Origin: Candidatus Methanogranum gryphiswaldense
GTDB lineage: Archaea; Thermoplasmatota; Thermoplasmata; Methanomassiliicoccales; Methanomethylophilaceae
Direction: 5' to 3'
Length of the DNA stretch: 64,000 bases
Assembly (NCBI GenBank): GCA_019262145.1
Contig: CP076745.1
Location: forward strand, 119,093-183,092
Positions 20,273 through 30,030 of the stretch are shown here, piece by piece (the first letter of the stretch is position 1; each line of letters opens with the position of its first letter). A model generated the notes under the pieces. The model ran no database searches, had not been told where the DNA came from, and saw only the letters and a list, made by a program, of their open reading frames with translations. A program made the translations under genes and the position numbers.

Positions 20273-20758
20273 ATGATGAAGACACTCAGGGTTAGGGATC
20301 TGATGACCACGCAGGTCGTTACGGTCAAACCGACCGATTCACTGAAACAGGCCACAATAAAATTTGCTGTTGACAATGTGACAGGGGCACCTGTGGTTGA
20401 CAATAGGAATCACGTGGTCGGTATAATCACAGAGAAGGACATCCTTAATCTGATTCTGAAGTATCAAAGTAAATTGGCAAATGATGTAGATCCCCAGTTC
20501 CTCCTCGCTGTGCCTATGGACGGAGAAGCAGAGGACCCGAAGGTCAATGAGATAAACAGGGCCGTATCTGAGACGAAGGTAGAGGACGTCATGAAGAGGA
20601 GTGTTCTTACGACCACCCCGGACGCAGAGATCATCGAGGCGTTAAAGTCCATGATGGCAATGGACGTGAACCGTTTGCCAGTCCTTGAGAAAGGAATTCT
20701 TGTGGGGACCATATCCAGGTCCGATGTAATATTTTTCATCTATAAGAGGAAGGTCTGA
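20273..20758 (+). CDS. CBS-domain pair protein
   Basis: Two CBS modules beginning VRDLMTTQVVTVKP and VEDVMKRSVLTTTP. TATA-like AAATTAATATAT at 20238-20249 sits about 25-30 nt before the ATG at 20273, so the ORF-track start at 20120 is probably spurious. Confidence 0.8.
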   Translation: MMKTLRVRDLMTTQVVTVKPTDSLKQATIKFAVDNVTGAPVVDNRNHVVGIITEKDILNLILKYQSKLANDVDPQFLLAVPMDGEAEDPKVNEINRAVSETKVEDVMKRSVLTTTPDAEIIEALKSMMAMDVNRLPVLEKGILVGTISRSDVIFFIYKRKV

Positions 20759-20765
20759 GCTTCAG

Positions 20766-21521
20766 ATGTTCGAGGTCCACGTACTTGCCAGTGGCAGCGA
20801 CGGTAACTGTACGGTGATCCAATTCGACGATGAGGCTGTGATGATAGATGCAGGGGTCAGTTTTCGCAAGATAAAGACCTATATGGATCAAGAGGGTGTA
20901 GATCCAAAAATAATCAAGGCCCTTTTGATAACGCATGAACATTCAGATCATATTTTGGGTGCAGGGGCAACAGCAAGAAAGTTGAATTTACCTGTGTATT
21001 GTAATAAACCTACTTTCGATGCCAGTAATTTGGGGGCTGTCGAATATCATGAGATACGTACAGCGGATTTCTTTCAGATAGGTGGTATGAAAATAATTCC
21101 TCTACCTACTTCACATAATGCTGTTGAGCCCAATGCATTTCTTGTAGAAGAAGATTGTAAAAAAGCGTTGTTGGCGACAGACACAGGAAAAATGACATTC
21201 CAGATAGAGCATGCGTTGGCAGAGGCCGACATAGCAGTCATAGAGTCGAATTACAATAAGAAAATGTTAGTCGATGGTCCATATCCAGCATATTTAAAAA
21301 AGCTAATAGATAGTGACCAGGGGCATCTTTCCAATGTAGATTGTGCTGCAGCGATAAAACGTACCACCAATGATAAGAGGCAGATTTTTTTGGCACATCT
21401 TAGTAAGACCAACAATACACCAGATACGGCCAGAGAAGAGGTCGCTAATCTGACCGGTATAAGACGCATGAAATTAGATTGTTTGGAATTCCAAGGGGAT
21501 ACCAGGACCTTGAGATTTTAA
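20766..21521 (+). CDS. MBL-fold metallo-hydrolase
   Basis: 251 aa with the metal motif ITHEHSDHILG. Confidence 0.8.
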   Translation: MFEVHVLASGSDGNCTVIQFDDEAVMIDAGVSFRKIKTYMDQEGVDPKIIKALLITHEHSDHILGAGATARKLNLPVYCNKPTFDASNLGAVEYHEIRTADFFQIGGMKIIPLPTSHNAVEPNAFLVEEDCKKALLATDTGKMTFQIEHALAEADIAVIESNYNKKMLVDGPYPAYLKKLIDSDQGHLSNVDCAAAIKRTTNDKRQIFLAHLSKTNNTPDTAREEVANLTGIRRMKLDCLEFQGDTRTLRF

Positions 21522-22397
21522 TCATGCAGAAGGGGTAAGCAGTATTGCCTTTTCTCTGTGAATCAATACGTTTGCCATTACTTTGGGCATCATTATGACG
21601 TCTTCCTTTGATAATTTATAATCGCGGTCCGGTCCGGAGAATTCTGGGAGGTCTTCTGTGATACGTACGAGTACTAAGTCCTCCTCATCTTTGATCAATT
21701 CCACGGTCTCGATAACAGGCGGTATATCGACTGAAACAACGGGCTCTTCTTTTTTGACAGTACGTATCGGAGTAAAGACCCCATCTTCCTGTGCCATCAG
21801 ATTCTCATTCGGTTCTTGATCCTCATCGGGGAATTCATCAAAAAAAGGTTCTTCCGTTTCAGGTTCCGGTTCGTAATGCACTTCCTCATCGGATTTAAAT
21901 TCCACCGGTGGAGGAGTCAGTACCTTAGCTGGTTCAGGAGGGAGGGGTACTTTCTTGATCTCCACAATCGGATCTATTCTCAAGGTATCGTATTTTTTAT
22001 CACCTGTCATGCGGGAGATGATGCTACCTTGTCTTCTGGAGGTCTCGAGTATACCATTGTAGTACTCTTTCTCTTCAACAGTCAGTTGTTCTATCATGTT
22101 CTGTGCACCCATTGCACCTCTCAGTGCTAGTGAGCAGATCTTTTGCATGCGTAATTCAACGATCTCTTTTGATAATTGTTTGGCTTTTTTCCTGCGTTGG
22201 TTGGCACCCTCACATATAAGGGAGTCAGGGTCCATTGACAGTTGTTTACTATATTCTGTGTTGAGTGCCATTAGCAGTCCAGCTATGGCGGGGTAGAGAT
22301 CCTTTCTTACGGCAGAGAGAGTGGGGGCTTTCTTCTCCACCCTGTAGAGTGCAGTAAGATCCTCGAAATCGAGGGGGTCTTGAACAGAATTTAACAT
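21522..22397 (-). CDS. GINS-family replication protein (Gins51-like) with expanded linker
   Basis: N-terminal helical A-domain (LTALYRVEKKAPTLSAVRKDLYPAI...) and C-terminal B-domain (LVLVRITEDLPEFSGPDRDYKLSKEDVIMMPKVMANVLIHREKA), separated by a Pro/Glu/Asp-rich insert of about 100 aa. Confidence 0.6.
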   Translation of the reverse strand: MLNSVQDPLDFEDLTALYRVEKKAPTLSAVRKDLYPAIAGLLMALNTEYSKQLSMDPDSLICEGANQRRKKAKQLSKEIVELRMQKICSLALRGAMGAQNMIEQLTVEEKEYYNGILETSRRQGSIISRMTGDKKYDTLRIDPIVEIKKVPLPPEPAKVLTPPPVEFKSDEEVHYEPEPETEEPFFDEFPDEDQEPNENLMAQEDGVFTPIRTVKKEEPVVSVDIPPVIETVELIKDEEDLVLVRITEDLPEFSGPDRDYKLSKEDVIMMPKVMANVLIHREKAILLTPSA

Positions 22398-22474
22398 CGA
22401 TACCCCATTTTCATGTCGATATTTGATTGTATTGGAACCAAAAAGACGATATCATCATTGGTCCATGTATCCGT

Positions 22475-22771
22475 ATGGAACTTCGAGACGCATCTCGTGT
22501 TGTAAAGGACGGATTGGAGGTAGATGTTCTCGTGTCTCCACGTTCAAACAGATCGGGTTCAGAGGGGTTCGATGAATGGAGAAAGAGATTGATCTTGAGG
22601 ATCAAATCACCGCCGCTTGATGGAAAGGCCAATAAAGAAGTTGAAGCCATGATGAAAGAGATGTCCGGTTGCTCTTCTCAGATAATAAGCGGTCATTTGA
22701 ACAGACAGAAGACGGTTCATATACACGGAGACGGTGAAAAGATACTTTCTGTCATGGAAGGTAAGATATGA
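22475..22771 (+). CDS. DUF167 (YggU-like) protein
   Basis: LILRIKSPPLDGKANKEVEAMMKEM. The maximal ORF starts at 22427; the ATG at 22475 leaves room for the divergent promoters. Confidence 0.65.
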   Translation: MELRDASRVVKDGLEVDVLVSPRSNRSGSEGFDEWRKRLILRIKSPPLDGKANKEVEAMMKEMSGCSSQIISGHLNRQKTVHIHGDGEKILSVMEGKI

Positions 22772-23154
22772 ACGATGCCGAAAGACTGGAGGCAATAGAT
22801 AGGGTCTTGGAGGATCTCTCTACAATGTCTGAGGACCATATGATCCTCGTCGAGGGAATGAATGACGAGAAGGCCCTCAGGGCACTAGGCATACATGGCC
22901 TATTTGGACATATACAATCAGAAGGTGGACCGATAAAAATCGCGGAACGCGTATATGAGCGCAATATGAAGGCAGTCATCCTTACGGATTGGGATCGTAA
23001 GGGAGGAATATTATCCTCTGAGTTGGGCGATCAGTTGTCTGCCTTGGGCGTGAAATTTGACAGTACCGTTAGGAAGAGACTTTCTATTTTGTGTTCCAGT
23101 TACATCAAGGATGTTGAGTCGTTAGATTCCTTTATTCGTCGTCTTTACGAGTAG
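22768..23154 (+). CDS. Toprim-domain protein (small primase-like / RNase M5-like)
   Basis: LVEGMNDEKALRALGI and AVILTDWDRKGG Toprim motifs. ATGA overlap with the DUF167 gene. This is the only CDS in the window ending in TAG. Confidence 0.7.
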   Translation: MNDAERLEAIDRVLEDLSTMSEDHMILVEGMNDEKALRALGIHGLFGHIQSEGGPIKIAERVYERNMKAVILTDWDRKGGILSSELGDQLSALGVKFDSTVRKRLSILCSSYIKDVESLDSFIRRLYE

Positions 23155-23208
23155 ATCAATAGGTTTTCCTAATGTTATTATTATAAACCCCTGGTGCGAT
23201 ATTAATTC

Positions 23209-23571
23209 ATGTCTAACGACAAGGCGGGAAGGCCTTTATTTGTTACGATCATAGGTATATTATACCTTTTGATTGGTGTTTTGGCATTGATCTTCGGTAT
23301 CGCTGTAGCCGCTGGAATTTCCATCGGAGATGATACGATTGGTGTTGCATTAGGTGCAGTCGGTGTTGGTATCGCAATCATCTATGCTGTAATAGGGTAT
23401 GGTATCCTAAAAGGATGGAAGATAATGTGGTACCTAGGAGTGATCTTCGCGATCATAGGAATCATCATCGGTATTCTTGCATTCCCTATAGGTCTTATTG
23501 CATTGGTAATCGATCTAGTGATTCTGTACTATTTGTTCCGTCCTGGAGTCAAACAGTTCTTTGGTGTCTGA
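23209..23571 (+). CDS. Small hypothetical membrane protein
   Basis: 120 aa, 3-4 Gly/Ile-rich TM helices. Confidence 0.6.
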   Translation: MSNDKAGRPLFVTIIGILYLLIGVLALIFGIAVAAGISIGDDTIGVALGAVGVGIAIIYAVIGYGILKGWKIMWYLGVIFAIIGIIIGILAFPIGLIALVIDLVILYYLFRPGVKQFFGV

Positions 23572-23582
23572 GAAAACAAATC

Positions 23583-23611
23583 CCGCCTTCGGGCGGTGTT
23601 CTTTTATTTTT
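23583..23611 (+). terminator. Hairpin plus oligo-T terminator
   Basis: CCGCC-UUCG-GGCGG (23583-23596) followed by TGTTCTTTTATTTTT. Confidence 0.5.
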
Positions 23612-23688
23612 GCATGATTAGGATACATGCAATCTTTACACCTTTGTTCCACAGGTCTGAAATACTCTGAATACTGTACTGCAATCGT

Positions 23689-24282
23689 ATGACTGGGGCA
23701 TTCATAGTCTTCGAAGGAATAGACGGTTCTGGAAAGACTAGCATTTGTGAAAGGGTTCGTGTGGAATTAGAGAAAAATGGCAAGCACGTCATGGTCACTC
23801 AGGAGCCCACGCACGACGAGATAGGGACGTTCATCAGAAGTGGCATTGTATCAGGCATATCTCAGAGAGCAGAAGCGTTGCTTTTTGTGGCTGATAGGGC
23901 CGTTCATACGGATAGAATAAGAAAACTCATTGAAGATGAATACATTGTCATTTGCGATAGGTATTTTGCTTCCACGGTCGCATATCAATCCGCACCATTG
24001 GACGGCGTTGCTCTCGATCAAGAATGGCTGTTACAGTTGAATTCTCCGGTAATTCGTATGCCAGAGATCACGTTCCTTCTGGATATCGATGCCGAGAAGA
24101 GTATGAAGCGCGTCATCAATAGAGGGGAGAAAAGTAAATTCGAGAACATCGAATATCAACGCTGCGTACGTAGCAATTATATCAAACTTGCAAAACAATT
24201 CAATTTCGTCATAATAGACGCTGATCGTATCCAGGACGAGGTTCTGGAAGATATCATGAAAGTAATATGGGAGGTTATTTGA
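23689..24282 (+). CDS. tmk: Thymidylate kinase
   Basis: P-loop FIVFEGIDGSGKTS and the DRY motif VICDRYFASTVAYQ. Confidence 0.9.
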   Translation: MTGAFIVFEGIDGSGKTSICERVRVELEKNGKHVMVTQEPTHDEIGTFIRSGIVSGISQRAEALLFVADRAVHTDRIRKLIEDEYIVICDRYFASTVAYQSAPLDGVALDQEWLLQLNSPVIRMPEITFLLDIDAEKSMKRVINRGEKSKFENIEYQRCVRSNYIKLAKQFNFVIIDADRIQDEVLEDIMKVIWEVI

Positions 24283-25466
24283 TGCACCCGTCCGAAGAAA
24301 TATACTGTGAGAAGAGCAAAAGACTGAGAGGAAAGACCATTGTTGTGGGAATGACAGGAAGCATTGCGATAACGGAATGTTTCTCTATGATAAGAGAGCT
24401 TATAAGGCATGGTGCCAAGGTCATTCCGGTAATGACGCCGAGTGCTGTAAAACTTGCGGCCCCTGATGCGATCGAGTTCGCTTGTGGTATGAAACCCATA
24501 GTCGAGTTAACTGGCCAGACAGAGCATATTAGATATTTGGGCGATTCTACAGCCGATCTTTTTATGATATTTCCCGCAACTGCAAACACGATATCCAAGA
24601 TAGCGAACGGCATCGACGACACGGCTGTAACATCATTTGCCACAGTTGCACTCGGAAGTAAAATACCGATAATTGTTGCACCAGCGATGCATGAACATAT
24701 GTATAACAATCCAGCCGTTAGCAAGAATATCAAAACATTGGAATCTTTGGGGATACATATGATCGGGCCTCACTTGGATGGTGTGAGGGCCAAGATCGCA
24801 TCAAAGGATGAGATTGTTGAATGGACGATAAGGTGTCTTTCAAGAGCGGACCTTAATGGAAAAAATATACTCATTATCGGAGGGCGCAGTGAAGAACCAC
24901 TTGATTCAATGAGAATAATAACAAATCGTTCTACAGGATTAATGTCTCTTGTATTGGCATTGCGTGCATTCGAGCGTGGTGCTAAAGTGGAGCTTTGGAT
25001 GGGAGCTTGTAATGTACCTCTTCCCGATTATGTAAAAGTAAGGAGATTCAACACAGTTTCAGATCTGGTATCCATGATAGATGCGATAGACCACGATTAT
25101 GTGATCGTTCCTGCTGCATTGGCAGATTTTGCACCGGATTTCACTCAAGGAAAAATACCCAGTGATCATAAGTATGATATGATGCTCAATCCTGTTCCTA
25201 AGGTATTGCCTATGATCCGTAAGAAATGTGAGAAGGTCATAGGATTCAAAGCTGAATCGGGATTGGACGCGAATCACCTGGAAGAAAAGGCCAGACAACG
25301 TATGGACCTTTATGGATTGATGGCAGTAGTTGCAAATGATATTGATTCTGTAGGAAAGGTCTCTACATCTGCCTTATTGATAACCAAAGATGGTTCAAAG
25401 GACATAACTGGTTCCAAGACAGAGATATCTGATGCAATTTTGAATCTTTGTACGGAGAAACAATGA
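24282..25466 (+). CDS. coaBC: Bifunctional phosphopantothenoylcysteine decarboxylase / synthetase
   Basis: N-terminal flavoprotein domain (IVVGMTGSIAITE) and CoaB motif GGRSEEPLDSMRIITNRSTG. The ATG shares one nt with the tmk TGA. Confidence 0.85.
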   Translation: MHPSEEIYCEKSKRLRGKTIVVGMTGSIAITECFSMIRELIRHGAKVIPVMTPSAVKLAAPDAIEFACGMKPIVELTGQTEHIRYLGDSTADLFMIFPATANTISKIANGIDDTAVTSFATVALGSKIPIIVAPAMHEHMYNNPAVSKNIKTLESLGIHMIGPHLDGVRAKIASKDEIVEWTIRCLSRADLNGKNILIIGGRSEEPLDSMRIITNRSTGLMSLVLALRAFERGAKVELWMGACNVPLPDYVKVRRFNTVSDLVSMIDAIDHDYVIVPAALADFAPDFTQGKIPSDHKYDMMLNPVPKVLPMIRKKCEKVIGFKAESGLDANHLEEKARQRMDLYGLMAVVANDIDSVGKVSTSALLITKDGSKDITGSKTEISDAILNLCTEKQ

Positions 25467-26323
25467 TAAGTGCCTTTTGTCCAGCACATATAACCTGTTT
25501 CTTTCAGCCAGTGGATGCTCCAGATATAATATCTAAGGGATCCAGGGGCGCAGGAATACGTTTGGACAAAGGTGCCAAAGTATCACTGAGCGAGAACAGG
25601 TCTCCGCATACGCAAATAATTATGGACGGCATTGTTTCTAATGCACCTGTAACAAGAAAGCTGCTAGATCTGGCACTTCCAGGCAGGGGATTCGAGGTCA
25701 CAATAGAGAACGACCTCCCTACCGGACAGGGATTCGGGATGAGTGCTGCGGGTGCAATAGCAGCGGCACTTTGTGCAGAGGAGATTGAAGGGTTTGGAAG
25801 ACACGAGGCATATGCTTTAGCCCATCGTGCTGAAGTAATGATGGGCGGGGGATTGGGGGATGTATCGGGTATAATGGGCAATGTTCCTCAGCCTGTTCGT
25901 ATACGTGCAGGGTTGCCGCCGATAGGAGAAGTGATAGGAACAGATGTGGTGTTAGGAAGCATGTCCGTTGTTATCTTAGGTCCAAAGATGAGTACGTCCC
26001 AAGTATTGAACGATCCAATGAAATACAAGGCAATTTGTGAGGCAGGACGTTCTGCTGTCGATGATTATCTATTATCTTTTTCAAAAGAATCGCTTTATAG
26101 CATATCCAATAGGTTTTCTGGACTGATAGGTCTCCAGAGTATAGAGATGTGCAAGGCTATGAAAGATCTTAAACTACAAGGTATAAGCTCAGGAATGTGT
26201 ATGTTGGGGAATAGCATTTTTGTGGATTCTTGTCCTGATGTGGTTTCAGAGATCGTCGGAGATATTCCGGTGTTCGGGATAGAACCTACAGGCAGGCCAG
26301 CCGAGGTCATTCAAAAAGTGTGA
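25463..26323 (+). CDS. GHMP-family kinase, archaeal pantoate kinase type
   Basis: FCPAHITCFFQPV N-terminus and GHMP motif GQGFGMSAAGAIAAAL. ATGA overlap with coaBC. Confidence 0.65.
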   Translation: MISAFCPAHITCFFQPVDAPDIISKGSRGAGIRLDKGAKVSLSENRSPHTQIIMDGIVSNAPVTRKLLDLALPGRGFEVTIENDLPTGQGFGMSAAGAIAAALCAEEIEGFGRHEAYALAHRAEVMMGGGLGDVSGIMGNVPQPVRIRAGLPPIGEVIGTDVVLGSMSVVILGPKMSTSQVLNDPMKYKAICEAGRSAVDDYLLSFSKESLYSISNRFSGLIGLQSIEMCKAMKDLKLQGISSGMCMLGNSIFVDSCPDVVSEIVGDIPVFGIEPTGRPAEVIQKV

Positions 26324-26648
26324 AGAGAACGTCGTCACCACCAACATCGAAAAGACCGATCCTGGCACCGCAATCGAGCCATCCATGGGCATAATTGACT
26401 GCGGCAAAGGCTGTAACAAGATCGCCCTCTTCTCTGAAATGCTTGGCATCATTGTAATAGGATGTGGCCATTTTGAGAAAATCATCAGCCAATCTTTTAT
26501 TATAGGAACGATCTGGAGCTGCGATCTTTAGTTTATCTAACGCTCTGCGAGTTATGTCGAGATATCTGTCGATCTTCTCATCGGTGATCGTGTCTTGCAT
26601 GTGTCCATTGATGTATGTGGGTTGATAAAATCCTATTGTAACCTTCAA
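26307..26648 (-). CDS. DUF357-family protein
   Basis: 113-aa helical ORF ending AFAAVNYAHGWLDCGARIGLFDV, as in archaeal DUF357/COG1849 as far as I recall. Confidence 0.6.
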   Translation of the reverse strand: MKVTIGFYQPTYINGHMQDTITDEKIDRYLDITRRALDKLKIAAPDRSYNKRLADDFLKMATSYYNDAKHFREEGDLVTAFAAVNYAHGWLDCGARIGLFDVGGDDVLFTLFE

Positions 26649-26691
26649 TGTGTGGAAGCGAATTTATTATAATGCTTTGCGATGACCATAT

Positions 26692-27552
26692 ATGATAGTT
26701 ATTGGGGGTTCTTCTTCCAGAGACCTCGCCAAGGAAACGGCATCGATCATTGGCTGTCCATATGTCCAGTCTGCTTCGATGAGATTCCCTGATGGTGAAT
26801 GTTATGTTAGGATCGATAGCGAATCGTTAGATGATGATGTCGTGATCATCCAGAATACCTATCCCGATACCAGTATGATAGAGATGTTTCTTCTCCAGAA
26901 TGCTGTAAGAAATATGGGCGCCAGGTCGATAACAATAGTGATTCCTTACTTTGGTTACGCAAGACAAGACAGGATATTCAAACCAGGAGAGGCAGAGAGT
27001 GCGAAGGTAATGTGCAAGCATCTCAATCTTTATTGCGATCGTGTATTGACAATAGATCTTCACAAGGAGAGTACTTTGGATCACTTTACTTGCTCGCATA
27101 AGGATCTAAAGGCGGCTGCAGCCATAGCTGATTATTTTTCGAAGAAGAATATAGACCTCGTCCTTTCTCCTGACGTAGGAGCGGCAGGACGTGCAAAGGA
27201 CGTAGGAGAAAGAATGGGCGTACAATACGATCATCTCGAGAAGACCAGACTTTCTGGGTTTGAGGTACGTATTGCCCCTGCAAAAATGGATTGCAGTGGG
27301 AAGAACGTCCTAATAATAGATGATATGATCTCCACAGGTTCTACTATAGTTGCCGCTAAACAGGCATTGGTGGAGGCAGGGGCCAAGAGTGTGTCGGTAG
27401 CATGTACACACGGGGTTTTCGTAAGCAATGCTTTGGAGAAGCTGAGAGGAAATTCTTTGGATGTTGTCATGTGCTGTAACACCATCGAAAATAGTGCATC
27501 CCTCATTTCTGTCGCCCCTATTGTGGCGAAGGCACTTATGGAGAAGTGGTGA
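26692..27552 (+). CDS. prs: Ribose-phosphate pyrophosphokinase
   Basis: IPYFGYARQDR and the PRPP-binding loop VLIIDDMISTGSTIVAA. Confidence 0.9.
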   Translation: MIVIGGSSSRDLAKETASIIGCPYVQSASMRFPDGECYVRIDSESLDDDVVIIQNTYPDTSMIEMFLLQNAVRNMGARSITIVIPYFGYARQDRIFKPGEAESAKVMCKHLNLYCDRVLTIDLHKESTLDHFTCSHKDLKAAAAIADYFSKKNIDLVLSPDVGAAGRAKDVGERMGVQYDHLEKTRLSGFEVRIAPAKMDCSGKNVLIIDDMISTGSTIVAAKQALVEAGAKSVSVACTHGVFVSNALEKLRGNSLDVVMCCNTIENSASLISVAPIVAKALMEKW

Positions 27553-27554
27553 GA

Positions 27555-28958
27555 ATGAAGAAAGAAGAGAATTTCAACGATTGGTACAACGAGATCGTGG
27601 AAAAGGCCAATCTTTCCGATAAGAGATATCCCGTCAAGGGAATGAATGTCTGGACCCCTTATGGATGGAAGATCATGAGGATGATAGACACGTACATCCG
27701 GGAAGAATTAGATGCAACAGGGCATGACGAGGTATATTTCCCGTTATTGATCCCGGAGACGGAATTCAAGAAGGAGAAGGAGCACATTAAAGGATTCGAT
27801 TCCGAGGTATACTGGGTAACTCACGCGGGACTGAATGAATTGGATGTTCGTCTCGTCATAAGGCCAACATCTGAGACGGCAATGTATCCTATGTTCTCAT
27901 TGTGGATAAGGTCTCATCAGGACCTTCCACTCAAGGTATATCAGATAGTCAATACGTTCCGGTATGAGACAAAACAGACCAGGGCTTTCATCAGGGTCCG
28001 TGAGATCCATTTCTTCGAATCCCATACATGTCACGATTCTGAAGAGGATGCACAGAGGCAGATAGACGAAGATACTGAGATACTCGCGAAGATAGCTAAG
28101 AGACTTTGTCTTCCATACACTTTGTCCGTTCGTACAGAATGGGACAAATTTCCAGGGGCATATTACACAGTGGGTATAGATACAGTGATGCCGAACGGTA
28201 AGACCTTGCAGATAGGTTCCATACATCATTATCGTACCAATTTCTCTGAGCCATATGAGATCACTTTCGAGGATGATAACGGAGAGCACAAGTTCGTACA
28301 CCAGACAACTTATGGTATGAGCGAACGTCTTCTAGGGGCGGTCATCGGTGTGCATGCTGATGACAAAGGGTTGGTCATGCCACCGGAAATAGCATCGTTC
28401 CAGATCGTGATAATCCCTATTCTTTCAAAGAATAATACGGATATGGTTACTGCAGAGTCTGAGAAATTATACAGGACCCTCGTAAATGCTGGCCTTCGTG
28501 TCAAATTGGATGATAGAGATGCAAGACCAGGTAGCAAATACTACGACTGGGAAATAAAAGGAGTACCTTTACGCTTAGAACTCGGGGGCAGGGACATCGA
28601 GAACAGCGTTGTGACCTTCGTTAGAAGGGACACTGGTGAAAAAGGAACAATGGATCTCGAATCCGTAGCAGACGGGGCCAAATTGATGTTGGATGTTATT
28701 GCGGATTCCATGTATGCAAAAGCAAGAGTGATACAAGAATGCCATATGCAAGACATAGAGAGCATGGAGAATGTACCAGAAGATAAGATCCTACGGTTTG
28801 GATGGTGTGGATGTCCAGAATGCGGTCACGCTTTCGAAGATAAGTATGAAATCAAGATCCTGGGTCATGCATACGGACACGATCAAAAATTCAAAGGTAA
28901 GTGCATTGTTTGCGGTAAACCCACGGATAAACAAGTGCTTGCTGCGCACACGATGTGA
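27555..28958 (+). CDS. proS: Prolyl-tRNA synthetase (archaeal/eukaryote-like class II)
   Basis: FRYETKQTRAFIRVREIHFFESH (motif 2 region), QTTYGMSERLLG, and a Cys-rich C-terminal zinc domain. The ATG at 27555 follows GGTGA. Confidence 0.9.
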   Translation: MKKEENFNDWYNEIVEKANLSDKRYPVKGMNVWTPYGWKIMRMIDTYIREELDATGHDEVYFPLLIPETEFKKEKEHIKGFDSEVYWVTHAGLNELDVRLVIRPTSETAMYPMFSLWIRSHQDLPLKVYQIVNTFRYETKQTRAFIRVREIHFFESHTCHDSEEDAQRQIDEDTEILAKIAKRLCLPYTLSVRTEWDKFPGAYYTVGIDTVMPNGKTLQIGSIHHYRTNFSEPYEITFEDDNGEHKFVHQTTYGMSERLLGAVIGVHADDKGLVMPPEIASFQIVIIPILSKNNTDMVTAESEKLYRTLVNAGLRVKLDDRDARPGSKYYDWEIKGVPLRLELGGRDIENSVVTFVRRDTGEKGTMDLESVADGAKLMLDVIADSMYAKARVIQECHMQDIESMENVPEDKILRFGWCGCPECGHAFEDKYEIKILGHAYGHDQKFKGKCIVCGKPTDKQVLAAHTM

Positions 28959-28963
28959 TTTGA

Positions 28964-29734
28964 ATGTCAATAGAAGAGAATGAGTTCGTGTATCTTCTGG
29001 ATCCTAACGGAAAGAAGATATGGCTTAGGACCGAGTCCAAGATGCTTAAGATATCCTCTCTAGGTACTTTGGACGGTTCTAGGATAATAGGGTTGGAAGA
29101 CGGTTCCCGCATTAATATCGTTGGAAAGGAATATACTGTTTTCAGGCCAGGTGTTATCGAACTCATCGAATCTCTTGACAGGGGAGCTCAAATAATAACT
29201 CCGAAAGATGCGGCTACAATAATTATGAACTGTAGTATCAAATCAGGAGATCTAGTACTAGAGGTCGGTGCTGGGTCTGGAGGATTGACAACTGCACTTT
29301 TGAATTCAGTAGCACCACTGGGCAGGGTTCACACGATCGAGTTCAAAGAAGAGAATGCTCAGCGCGCACTCAAGAATGTTCGTCGCACGGGCCTGGATAA
29401 GTATTGGTCGTTCACGATTGGCGATGCCCGGAATGTCCAAATAGATAACATTATTGCCGATACCCTCACTTTGGATATGCCAGATCCATGGTTGGCACTA
29501 GATAATCTGCTACCCAATCTAAGGAACGGTGGCAGGTTGTGTGCTTATGTTCCGAATGCAAATCAAGCAGAATCGATAGTCAATGCACTTCGCGAAAAGG
29601 ATTTTGCGGACGTTTATGCTTTGGAGAATCTACAGCGTGGTTTAGAGGTCCATCCAGGTGGAGTAAGGCCTTCATTTGAGATGCTGGGACATACAGGATA
29701 TCTTATATTTGCAAGGAAAAGGGTACCTCTGTGA
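28964..29734 (+). CDS. trmI: tRNA (adenine-N1)-methyltransferase, TrmI/GCD14 family
   Basis: RGAQIITPKDAATII and the SAM motif VLEVGAGSGGLTTAL. Confidence 0.75.
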   Translation: MSIEENEFVYLLDPNGKKIWLRTESKMLKISSLGTLDGSRIIGLEDGSRINIVGKEYTVFRPGVIELIESLDRGAQIITPKDAATIIMNCSIKSGDLVLEVGAGSGGLTTALLNSVAPLGRVHTIEFKEENAQRALKNVRRTGLDKYWSFTIGDARNVQIDNIIADTLTLDMPDPWLALDNLLPNLRNGGRLCAYVPNANQAESIVNALREKDFADVYALENLQRGLEVHPGGVRPSFEMLGHTGYLIFARKRVPL

Positions 29735-29786
29735 GGCATCTGTTCCTTCGCAATATTTTATTTACGCGCTCGTAATACAATCAGTA

Positions 29787-30026
29787 ATGGCAGTAATCGA
29801 GATCAGAATCGAGCTCAAGAAAGGCGTTGCCGATCCTGAGGGAATGAACACAAAAAAGACACTCGAGTCCCTTGGTTTCGAGGGTATCGAGAATGTCAGG
29901 ACCATAAAGATGTTTGAGGTCACACTTGACATGCCTGCGGACAAAGCAAAACAGAAAGGAGAGGAAATGTGCAAAAAACTTCTCGCTAATCCTGTTATAC
30001 AGAACTACTTTGTAACCGTGAGATGA
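29787..30026 (+). CDS. purS: Phosphoribosylformylglycinamidine synthase subunit PurS
   Basis: 79 aa containing VIEIRIELKKGVADPEG. The ORF-track start at 29676 overlaps trmI. Confidence 0.85.
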   Translation: MAVIEIRIELKKGVADPEGMNTKKTLESLGFEGIENVRTIKMFEVTLDMPADKAKQKGEEMCKKLLANPVIQNYFVTVR

Positions 30027-30030
30027 GCAG

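Noticed and set aside
23155-23172. Pyrrolysine read-through extension of the Toprim gene past its TAG.
   Set aside because: The extension would add only five residues before TAA and has no evident function. It is reported only as context for the TAG-scarcity finding.
28850-28958. The Cys-rich C-terminus of ProRS ending in Met rather than the Tyr I vaguely recall for this class.
   Set aside because: My recollection of the conserved terminal residue is not firm enough. The zinc-domain Cys pattern itself is normal for archaeal-type ProRS.
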